Below, piece by piece: positions 1 through 12,260 of a stretch of DNA of 64,000 nucleotides (positions within the stretch are counted from its first letter, which is position 1; every line of letters begins with the position of its first letter). Source of the DNA: Octopus sinensis (lineage: Eukaryota). The notes beneath the pieces were generated by a model that saw only the letters and a list, made by a program, of their open reading frames with translations, did not search any database and was not told the origin of the DNA. The translations under genes and the position numbers were made by a program. Where the stretch lies: assembly GCF_006345805.1 (NCBI RefSeq), contig NC_042997.1, positions 132,184,001 to 132,248,000 of the forward strand, written 5' to 3'.

Positions 1-3000
1 TAACAGAATCCAAGCAGTATAGCTCAAACACCGATCACATAAGTGAAAACGAAATCGTCTAATACTTCTTATGCAATGTATATTCAACTATTGAGACAAA
101 AATACGCGCTGACAAACGAGGTGTGGGGAGGGGGCCAAAGAAATTCCAACGATGAACCCTACAGAAATCGAGCATTAAAGCTCAACACCCGGTTACAGAA
201 GTGAAACAGATATCGTCTAATACTTCTAATGCAATGTATATTCAACAAATATTGAGACAAAGATGCGCGCTGATAAACGGGGGAGTGGGGGAGGGGGCTA
301 GGAAATTACACACGATCAACCGTAAGGAATCCGAGCAGTATAGCTCAAACACGGTCACAGAAGTGAAAACCAAATAATCTAATACTTCTAATGCAATGTG
401 TATTCAACAAATATTGAGACAAAAATACGCGGTGACAAACGAGGGTGTCGGGAGGGGGCTAGGAAAATTCCAACGATGAACCCTACAGAAGCCGAGCACT
501 AAAGATCAACACCCGGTCACAGAAGTGAAACAAAATTCTGCTACTACTTCTAATGCAATGTGTATTCAACAAATATTGAGACAAAACTGCGCACTGACAA
601 ACGGGCGTGTGGGGAGGGATCTAGGAAAATAGACACGATCAAACGGACAGAATCCGAGCAGTAAAGCTCAACACCCGTTCACATAATTGAAACAGAAATC
701 GTCTAATACTTCTAATGCAATGTATATTCAACAAATATTGAGACAAAAATACGCGCTGACAAACGAGGGAGTGAGGGGAGTGGGGGCCAGGGAAATTCCA
801 ACGATGAACCCTACAGAATTCGAGCATTAAAGCTCAACACCCGGTCACAGAAGTGAAACAGAGATCGTCTAATACTTCTAATGCAATGTATATTCAACAA
901 ATATTGAGACAAAAATGCGCGCTGATAAAAGGGGGAGTGGGGTAGGGGCCTAGGAAATTACAGACGATCAACCGTAAGGAATCCGAGCAGTATAGCTCAA
1001 CACCCGGTCATAGAAGTGAAAACGAAATAATCTAATACTTCTAATGCAATGTATATTCAAGAAATATTGAGACAAAGTTACGCGCTGACAAATAAGGGTG
1101 TGGGGAGGGCGCTAGGAAAATTCCAACGATGAACCCTACAGAATCTGAGCACTAAAGATCAACACCCGGTTACAGAAGTGAAACAAAAATCTTCTACTAC
1201 TTCTAATGCAATGTGTATTCAACAAATATTGAGACAAAAATGCGCACTGACAAACGGGGGTGTGGGGAGGGATCTAGGAAAATACACACGATCAAACGGA
1301 CAGAATCCGAGCAGTAAAGCTCAACACCCGGTCACATAATTGAAACGGAAATCGTCTAATACTTCTAATGCAATGTATATTCAACAAATATTGAGACAAA
1401 AATACGCGCTGACAAACGAGTGTGTGGGGAAGAGGCAAGGAAAATTCCAATGATGAACCCTACAGAATCTGAGCACTAAAGATCAACTCCCGGTTACAGA
1501 AGTGAGACAAAATTCTTCTACTACTTCTAATGCAATGTGTATTCAACAAATATTGAGACAAAAATGCGCACTGACAAACGGGGGTGTTGGGAGGGATCTA
1601 GAAAAATACATACGATCAAACGTACAGAATCCGAGCAGTAAAGCTCAACACCCGGTCACAGAATTGAAACAGAAATCGTCTAATACTTCTAATGCAATGT
1701 ATATTCAACAAATATTGAGACAAAAATACGCGCTGACAAACGAGGGTGTGGGGAGGTGGCCAGGGAAATTCCAACGAAGAACCCTACAGAATTCGAGCAT
1801 TAAAGCTCAACACCCGGTCACAGAAGTGAAACAGAGATCGTCTAATACTTCTAATGCAATGTATATTCAACAAATATTGAGATAAAAATACGCGCTGATA
1901 AACGGGGGAGTGGGGTAGGGGGCTAGGAAATTACAGACGATCAACCGTAAGGAATCCGAGCAGTATAGCTCAACACCCGGTCACAGAAGTGAAAACGAAA
2001 TAATCTAATACTTCTAATGCAATGTATATTCAAGAAATATTGAGACAAAATTACGCGCTGACAAATAAGGGTGTGGGGAGGGCGCTAGGAAAATTCCAAC
2101 GATGAACCCTACAGAATCTGAGCACTAAAGATCAACACCCGGTTACAGAGTGAAACAAAAATATTCTACTACTTCTAATGCAATGTGTATTCAAGAAATA
2201 TTGAGACAAAAATGCGCACTGACAAACGGGGGTGTGGGGAGGGATCTAGGAAAATACACACGATCAAACGTACAGAATCCGAGCAGTAAAGCTCAACACG
2301 CGGTCACATAATTGAAACAGAAGTCGTCAAATACTTCTAATGCAATGTATATTCAACAAATATTGAGACAAAAATTCGCGCTGACAAACGGGGGTGTGGG
2401 GAGGGGGCCAGGGAAATTTCAACGGTGAACCCTACAGAATTCGAGCATTAAAGCTCAACACCCGGTTACAGAAGTGAAACAGAAATCGTCTAATACTTCT
2501 AATGCAATGTATATTCAACAAATATTGAGACAAAAATGCGCGCTGATACACGGGGGTGTGCGGCGGGAGCTAGGAAAATACACACGATCAACCGTACAGA
2601 ATTCGAGCAGTAAAGCTCAACACACGGTCACAGAAGTGAAACAAATATCGTCTAATACTTCTAATGCAATGTATATTCAACAAATAATGAGACAAAAATA
2701 CGCACTGACACACGAGGGTGTGGGAGGGTGTCAGTAAAATTTGAGCGATGAACCCTACAGCATTCGAGCAGTGAAGCTCAACACCCGGTCACAGAATTGG
2801 AACAGAAATCGTCTAATACTTCTAATGCAATGTATATTAAACAAATAATGATACAAAAATACGCGCTGAAAAACGAGGGTGTGGGGAGGGGGTCAGGAAA
2901 ATTCCAACGATGAACCCTACAGAATTCGAGCAGTAAAGCTCAACACCCGGTCACAAATACGCGCTGACAAACGGGGGAGTGGTGATGGGGCTAGGAAATT

Positions 3001-6000
3001 ACACACGATCAACCGTAAGGAATCCGAGGAGTATAGCTCAACACCCGGTCACAATGCAATGTATATTCAACAAATAATGAGACAAAAATACGCGCTGACA
3101 AACGAGGGTGTGGGGAGTGGGTCAGGAAAATTCCAACGATGAACCCTACAGAATTCGAGCAGTATAGCTCATCACCCGGTCACAGAAGTGAAACAGAAAT
3201 CGTCTACTACTTCTAATGCAATGTGTATTCAACAAATATTGAGACAAAAATGCGCGCTGACAAACGGGGGAGTGGGGATGGGGCTAGGTAATTACACACG
3301 ATCAACCGTAAGGAATCCGAGCAGTATAGCTAAACACCCGATCACAGAAGTGAAAACGAAATCGTCTAATACTTCTAATGCAATGTATATTCAACTAATA
3401 TTGAGACAAAAATGCGCGCTGACAAACGAGGGTGTGGGGAGGGGGCCAGGGAAATTCCAACGATGAACCCTACAGAAATCGAGCATTAAAGCTCAACACC
3501 CTGTTACAGAAGTGAAACAGAAATCGTCTAATACTTCTAATGCAATGTATATTCAACAAATATTGAGACAAAAATACGCGCTGACAAACGAGGGTGTCGG
3601 GAGGGGGCTAGGAAAATTCCAACGATGAACCCTACAGAATCTGAGCACTAAAGATCAACTCCCGTTCACAGAAGTGAAACAAAATACTGCTACTACTTCT
3701 AATGCAATGTGTATTCAACAAATATTGAGACAAAAATGCGCACTGATAAACGGGGGTGTGGGGAGGGATCTAGGAAAATAAACACGATCGAACGTATAGA
3801 ATCCGAGCAGTAAAGCTCAACACCCGGTCACAGAATTGAAACAGAAATCGTCTAATACTTCTAATGCAATATATATTCAACAAATATTGAGACAAAAATG
3901 CGCGCTGATAAATGGGGGAGTGGGGGAGGGGGCCAGGGAAATTACACACTATCAACCGTAAGGAATCCGAGCAGTATAGCTCAACACCCGGTCACAGAAT
4001 TGAACACGAATTAATCTAGTACTTCTAATGCAATGTATATTCAACAAATATTGAGACAAAAATACGCGCAGGCAAACGAGGGTGTGGGGAGGGGGCTAGG
4101 AAATTTCCAACGATGAACCCTACAGAATTCGAGCATTAAAGCTCAACACCCGGTTAGAGAAGGGAAACAGAAATCGTCTACTACATCTAATGCAACGTGT
4201 ATTCAACAGATGTTGAGACAAAAATGCGCGCTGACAAACGGGAGAGTGAGGAGGTGGCTAGGAAATTACACACGAAGTGAAACAGAATCGTCTAATACTT
4301 CTAATGCAATGTATATTCAACAAATATTGAGACAAAAATACGCGCTGACAAACGGGGGAGCGGGGAGGGAGCTAGGAATGTACACAGGATCAACCGTACA
4401 GAATCCGAGGAGTATAGCTAAAAACCCGGTCATAGAAGTGAAACTGAAATCGTCTAATACTACAAGTATTGAGACAAAAATGCGCGCTGACAAACGAGGG
4501 TGTGGGGAGGGGACTCGGAAATTACACACGATTAACCGGAAGGAATCCGAGCAGTATAGCCCAACACCCGGTTACAGAAGTGAAAATGAAATCGTCTAAT
4601 ACTTCTAATGCAATGTATATTGAACAAATATTGAGACAAAAATGCGCGCTGACAAACGGGGGTGTGGGGAGGGAGCTAGGAAAATACACACGATGAACCC
4701 TACTGAATCCGAGCAATAAAGATCAACACCCGTTCACAGAAGTGAAACAGAATCGCCTAATACTTCTAATGCAATGTATATTCAACAAATATTGAGACAA
4801 AAATGCGCGCTGACAAACGGGGGAGTGGGGAGGGGTCTAGGAATATTCCAACTATGAACCCTACAGAATTATAGCAGTAAAGCTGAACACCCGGTCATAG
4901 AAGTGAAAACGAAATCGTCTAATACTTCTAATTTAATGTATATTCAACAAATATTGAAACAAAAATGCGCGCCGACAAGCGGGGTAGTGTGGAGGGGAAT
5001 CGGATATTACAGACAATCAACCGTTCAGAATCCGAGCAGTAAAGCTCAACACCCGGTAACAGAAGTGAAACAAAAATCATCCAATATATCTAATGCAATG
5101 TATATTCAACAAATATGGAGACAAAAATGCGAGCTGACAAACGGGGGAGTGGGGGAGGGGTCTAGGAAATTACACACGATCAACCGTAAGGAATCCGAGC
5201 AGTATAGCTCAACACCCGGTCGCAGAAGTGAAAACGAAATCGTCTAATACTTCTAATGCAATGTATATTGAACAAATATTGAGACAAAAATGCGCGCTGA
5301 CAAACGGGGGAGTGGGGAGGGGAATCGGAAATTACAGACGCTCAACCGTTCAGAATCCGAGCAGTAAAGATCAACACCCGTTTACAGAAGTGAAACAGAA
5401 ATCGTCTACAACTTCTAATGCAATGTGTATTCAACACATATTGAGATAGAAATGCGCGCTGACAAACGGGGGATTGTGGTGGGTGCTAGGAAATTACACA
5501 CGATCAACCGTACGGAATCCGAGCATTATAGCTTAACACCCGGTCACGGAAGTGAAACTGAAATCGTCTAATACTTCTAATGCAATGTATATTCAACAAA
5601 TATTGAGACAAAAATACGCGCTGACAAACGGGGGTGTAGGGAGAGGACTCGGAAAATACGTACAAACAACCGTTCAGAATCCGAGCACTAAAGCTGAACA
5701 CCCGGTCACAGAAGTGGAACAGAAATCGCCTAATACTTCTAATGCAATGAATATTCAACAAATATTGACAAAAAAATACGCGCTGACAAACGAGGGTGTC
5801 GCGAGGGGGCTAGGAAAATTCCAACGATTAACACTACAGAATCCGAGCAGTAGAGATCAACGCCCGCTTACAGAAGTGAAACAAATATCATCTACTACTT
5901 CTAATGTAATGTATATTCAACAAATATTGAGACAAAAATACGCGTTGACAAACGAGGGTGTGGGGAGGGGGCTAGGAAAATTCCAACGATGAACCCTACA

Positions 6001-7165
6001 GAATCTGAGCACTAAAGATCAACACCCGGTTATAGAAGTGAAACAAAATTCTTCTACTACTTCTAATACAATGTGTATTCAACAAATATTGAGACAAAAA
6101 TGCGCACTGACAAACGGGGGTGTGGGGAGGGATCTAGGAAATTACACACGATCAAACGTACAGAATCCGAGCAGTAAAGCTCTACGACCGGTCACAGAAT
6201 TGAAACAGAAATCGTCTAATACTTGTAATGCAATGAATATTCAACAAATATTGAGACAAAAATACGCGCTGACAAACGAGGGTGTGGGGAGGGGGCCAGG
6301 GAAATTCCAACGATGAACCCTACAGAATTCGAGCATTAAAGCTCAACACCCGGTCACAGAAGTGAAACTGAAATCGTCTAATACTTCTAATGCAATGTAT
6401 ATTCAACAAATATTGAGACAAAAATGCGCGCTGATAAATGGGGGAGTGGGGGAGTGGGCTAGGAAATTACACACGATCAACCGTAAGGAATCCGAGCAGT
6501 ATAGCTCAACACCCGGTCACAGATGTGAACACGAAATAATCTAATACTTCTAATGCAATGTATATTCAACAAATATTGAGACAAAAATACGCGCAGACAA
6601 ACGAGGGTGTGGGGAGGGGGCTAGGAAAATTCCAACGATGAACCCTACAGAATTCGAGCATTAACGCTCAACACCCGGTCATAGAAGTGAAACAGAAATC
6701 GCCTACTACATCTAATGCAACGTGTATTCAACAGATGTTGAGACAAAGAAGGTGGCTAGGAAATTACACACGATGAACCGTACAGAATCCGAGCAATGAA
6801 GATCAACACCCGGTCACAGAAGTGAAACAGAATCGTCTAATACTTCTAATGCAATGTATATTCAACAAATATTGAGACAAAAATGCGCGGTGACAAACGG
6901 GGGAGAGGGGGGGAGCTAGGAAAGTACACACGATCAAAAGTACAGAATCCGAGCAGTATAGCTCAACACCCGGTCACAGAAGTGAAACTAAAATCGTATA
7001 ATACTTCTAATGCAATGTATATTCAACAAATATTGAGACAAAAATGCGCGCTGACAAACGGGGGAGTGGGGAGGGGGCTAAGAAATTACACACGATCAAC
7101 CTTACTGAAACCGAGCAGTATAGCTCAACACCCGGTCACAGAAGTGAAACACAAATCGTGGGGAG

Positions 7166-8823
7166 TAGACGATATCTGTTTCACTTCTGTAACCGGGTGT
7201 TGAGCTTTAATGCTCGAATTCTTTAGGGTTCACCGTTGGAATTTCCCTGGCCCCCTCCCCACACCCTCGTTTGTCAGCGCGTATTTTTGTCTCAATATTT
7301 GTTGAATATACATTGCATTAGAAGTATTAGACGATTTCTGTTTCAATTCTGCGACCGGGTGTTGAGCTATACTGCTCGGATTCCTTACGGTTGATCGTGT
7401 GTAAATTCCTAGCCCCTTCCCCCCCTCCCCCGTTAATCAGCGCGCATTTTTGTCTCAATATTTGTTGAATATAAATTGCATTAGAAGTAGTAGAAGATTT
7501 TTGTTTCACTTCTGTAACCGGGTGTTGATCTTTAGTGCTCAGATTCTGTGGGGTTCATCGTTGGAATTTTCCTAGCCCCCTCCCCACACCCTCGTTTGTC
7601 AGCGCGTATTTTTGTCTCAATATTTGTTGAATATACATTGCATTAGAAGTATTAGATTATTTCGTTTTCACTTCTGTGACCGGGTGTTGAGCTATACTGT
7701 TCGGATTCCTTATGGTTGATCGTGTGTAATTTCATAGCCCCTCCCCCCTCCCCGTTCCCCCTCCCCCTTCCCCCTCCCCCTTCCCCCTCCCCCGATTATC
7801 AGCGCGCATTTTTGTCTCTATATTTATTGAATATACATTGCATTAGAAGTATTAGACGATTTTTGTTTCACTTCTGTAACCGGGTGTTGAGCTTTAATGC
7901 TCAAATTCTGTAGGGTTCATCGTTGGAATTTCCCTGGCCCCCTCCCCACACCCTCGTTTGTCAACGCGTATTTTTGTCTCAATATTTGTTGAATATACAT
8001 TGCATTAGAAGTATTAGACGACTTCTGTTTCAATTCTGTGACCGGGTGTTGAGCTTTACTGCTTGGATTCTGTAGGGTTCATCGTTGGAATTTTCCTAGC
8101 CCCCTCCCCATCCCCCGTTTGTCAGCGCGTATTTTTGTCTCAATATTTGTTGAATATACATTGCATTAGAAGTATTAGACGATTTCAGCTTCACTTCTGT
8201 GACCGGGTGCTGAGGTATACTGCTCGGATTCTGTACCTTTGACAGTGTGTACATTCCTAGCTCCCTCCCCACACCTCCGTTTGTCACCGCGCATTTTTGT
8301 CTCAATATTTGTTGAATATACATTGCATTAGAAGTATTAGACGATTCTGTTTCACTTCTGTGACCGGGTGTTGATCTTTATTGCTCGGATTCTGTAGGGT
8401 TCATCGTGTGTAACTTCCTAGCCACCACCTCACTCTCCCGTTTGTCAGCGCGCATTTTTGTCTCAATATCTATTGAATTCACAATATCTATTGAATTCAG
8501 TAGTAGACGATTTCTGTTTCACTTCTCTGACCGAGTGTTGAGCTTTAATGCTCGAATTCTGTAGGGTTCATCGTTGGAATTTTCCTAGCCCCCTCCGCAC
8601 ACCCTCGTTTGTCAGCGCGTATTTTTGTCTCAATATTTGTTGATATACATTGCATTAAAAGTATTAGATTATTTCGTTTTCACTTCTGTGACCGGGTGTT
8701 GAGCTATACTGCACGGATTCCTTACGGTTGATCGTGTGTAAATTCCTAGCACCCTCCCCCACTCCCCCGTTTATCAGCGCGCATTTTTGTCTCAATATTT
8801 GTTGAATATACATTGCATTAGAA
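7166..8823 (-). repeat. Inverted block of the 162-bp satellite (~10 monomers)
   Basis: Reverse-complement monomers (CATTGCATTAGAAGTATTAGACGATTT...) from 7166 to ~8823. Confidence 0.95.
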
Positions 8824-8959
8824 TCCGAGCAGGAAAGCTCAACACCCGGTCACAGAAGTGAAACAGAAATCGTCTAATACTTGTAATGCAATGTGTATTC
8901 AACAAGTATTGAGGCAAAAATTCGCGCTAACACATGGGAGAGTGAGGAGGGGGCTAGGA

Positions 8960-9128
8960 ATTAGAAGTATTAGATTATTTCGTTTTCACTTCTGTGACCG
9001 GGTGTTGAGCTATACTGCTCGGATTCCTTACGGTTGATCGTGTGTAATTTCCTAGCCCCTCCCCCACTCCCCCGTTTATCAGCGCGCATTTTTGTCTCAA
9101 TATTTGTTGAATATACATTGCATTAGAA
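8960..9128 (-). repeat. Single inverted satellite monomer
   Basis: TTAGAAGTATTAG...CATTGCATTAGAA in reverse orientation between forward segments. Confidence 0.9.
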
Positions 9129-11393
9129 TCCGAGCAGTAAAGCTCAACACCCGGTCACAGAAGTGAAACAGAAATCGTCTAATACATTTAATGCAATGTG
9201 TATTCAACAAATATTGAGACAAAAATGCGCGCTGACACACGGGGGTGTGGGGAGGGAGCTAGGAAAAGACACACGATCAAACGTACAGAATCCGAGCAGT
9301 AAAGCTCAACATCCGGTCACAGAATTGAAACAGAAATCGTCTAATACGTCTAATGCAATGCATATTCAACAAATATTGAGACAAAAATACGCGCTGACAA
9401 ACGAGGGCGTCGGGAGGAGGCTACGAAATTCCAACGATGAGCCCTACAGAATCTGAGCAGTAGAGCTCAACACCCGGTCACAGAAGTGAAACAGAAATCG
9501 TCTAATACATCTAATGCAATGTATATTCAACAAATATTGAGACAAAAATGATCGCTGACAAACGGGGGAGGGGGGGGGTAGGAAATTACCCACGATCAAC
9601 CGTAAGGAATCCGAGCATTATAGCTCAACACCCGGTCACAGAAATCGTCTAATACTTCTAATACAATGTATATTCAACAAATATTAAGACAAAAATACGC
9701 GACAAAAATACAACCGAGGGTGTGGGGAGGGGGCTCGGAAAATTCCAACGATGAACCCTATAGAATTCGAGCAGTAAAGCTTATCACCCAGTCACAGAAG
9801 TGAAATAGAAATCGTCTAATACTTCTAATGCAATGCATATTCAACAAATATTGAGACAAAAATTCGCGCTGATAAACGGGGTTGTGGGGAAGGGACTCGG
9901 AATTTCCATACGATCAACTGTTCAGAATCCAAGCAGTAAAGCTCAACACCGTGTCACAGAAGTGAAAACGAAATCGTCTGATACTTCTAATACAATGTAT
10001 ATTCAACAAATATTGAGACAAAAATGCCCGCTTTAAAACGGGTGAGTGGAGAAGGAGCCAGGAAAATACACACGATCAACCGTAAGGAATCCGAGCAGTA
10101 AAGCTCAAAACCCTGTCACAGAAGTGAAACAGAAATCGTCTAATACTTCTAATGCAATGTATATTCAACAAATATTGAGACAAAAATGCGCGCTGACAAA
10201 TGGGGGAGTCGGGAGGGGGCTAGAAAATTACACACGATCAACCGTTCAGAATCCGAGCAGTAAAGCTCAACACCCGGTCACAGAATTGAAATAGAAATTG
10301 TCTAATACTTCTAATGCAATGTATATTCAACAAATATTGAGACAAAAATGCTCGCTGACAAACGAGGGTGTGTGGAGGCGGCTAGGAAAATTACAATGAT
10401 GAACCCTACGGAATTCGAGCAGTAAAGCTCAACACCCGGTCACAGAAGTGAAACAGAAATCGTTTAATATTTCTAATGCAATGTATATTCAACAAATATT
10501 GAGACATAAATGCGCGCTGACAAACGGGGGAGTGGGGAGGGGAATAGGAAATTACACAAGATCAACCGTACGGAATCCGAGCAGTATAGCTCAACACCCG
10601 GTCACAGAAGTGAAACAGAAATCGTCTACTACTTCTAATGCAATGTATATTAAACAAATATTGAGACAAAAACTCGGGCTGACAAGCGGGGGAGTGGGGA
10701 GGTTACTAGGAAATTACGCACGATCAACCATAAGGAATCCGGGCAGGAAAGCTCAAACCCGGTCACAGAATTGAAACAGAAATCGTCTAATATTTCTAAT
10801 GCAATGTATATTCAACAAATATTGAGAAAAAATACGCGCCGACAAACGAGGGTGTGGGGAGGGGGTAAGGAAAATTCCAACGATGAAACCCTACAGAATT
10901 CGAGCAGTAAAGCTCAACACCCTGTAAGAATTGAAACAGAAATCGTCTAATACTTCTAATACAACGTATATTCAACAAATATTGAGACAAAAATGATCGC
11001 TGACAAACGGGGGAGGGGGGAGGTGGTAGGAAAATACACACGATCAACCGTAAGGTATCCGAGCAGTATAGCTCAACACCCGGTCACAGAATTGGAACAG
11101 AAATCGTCTAATACTTCTAATACAATGTATATTCAACAAATATTAAAACAAAAATACGCGCTGACAAACAAGGGTGTGGGGAGGGGGCTAAGAAAATTCC
11201 AACGTTGAACCATATAGAATTCGAGCAGTAAAGCTCAACACCCGGTCACAGAAGTGAAACAGAAATCGTCTAATACTTCTAAAGCAACGTGTATTCAACA
11301 AATATTGAGACAAAAATGGGCGCTGAAAAACGGGGTTGTGTGGAGGGGACTCGGAATTTCCATACGATCAACCGTTCAGAATCCGAGCAGTAA

Positions 11394-12260
11394 ATTATTA
11401 GACGATTTCTGTTTCATTTCTGTGACCGGGTGTTGAGCTATACTGCTCGGATTCTGAACTGTTGAACGTGTGTAATTTCCTAACTCCCTCCCCACACCCC
11501 CGTTTGTCAGCGCGCATTTTTGTCTCAATATTTGTTGAATATACATTGCATTAGAAATATTAGACGATTTCGTTTTCACTTCTGTGACCGGGTGTTGATC
11601 TTTACTGCTCGGATTCTGTAGAGTCCATCGTTGGAATTTTCCAAGCTCCCTCCCCACACCCCCATTTGTCAGCCCATATTTTTGTCTCAATATTTGTTGA
11701 ATATACATTGCATTAGAAGTATTAGACGATTTCTGCTTCACTGCTGTGACCGGGTGTTGATCTTTACTGCTCGGATTCTGTAGAGTCAACGTTGGAATTT
11801 TCCAAGCCCCCTCCCCACACCCCCGTTTGTCAGCGCGTATATTTGTCTCAATATTTGTTGAATATACATTGCATTAGAAGTATTAGAGGATTCCTGTTTC
11901 AATTCTATGACCGGGTGTTGAACTTTACGGCTCGGATTCTGTACGTTTGAACGTAAGTAATTTCCGAGTCCCCTCCGCACACCCCCGATTGTCAGCGCAC
12001 AGTTTTGTCTCAATATTTGTTGAATATACATTGCATTAGAAGTATTAGACAATTTCGTTTTCACTTCAGTGACCGGGTGTTGAGCTATAAAGCTCGGATT
12101 TTGAACGGTTGATCGTGTGTATTTTCCTACCTCCCTCCCCAAACCCCCGTTTGTCAGCGCTCATTTTTGTCTCAATATTTGTTGAATATATATTGCATTA
12201 CAAGTATTAGACGTTTTCGTTTTCACTTCTCTGACCGAATGTTGAGCTATAGTTCTCGGA
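11394..12260 (-). repeat. Inverted block of the 162-bp satellite (~5 monomers)
   Basis: Forward ...CCGAGCAGTAAA switches to TTATTAGACGATTTC at 11394; returns to forward AAAAATACGCG at 12261. Confidence 0.95.
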
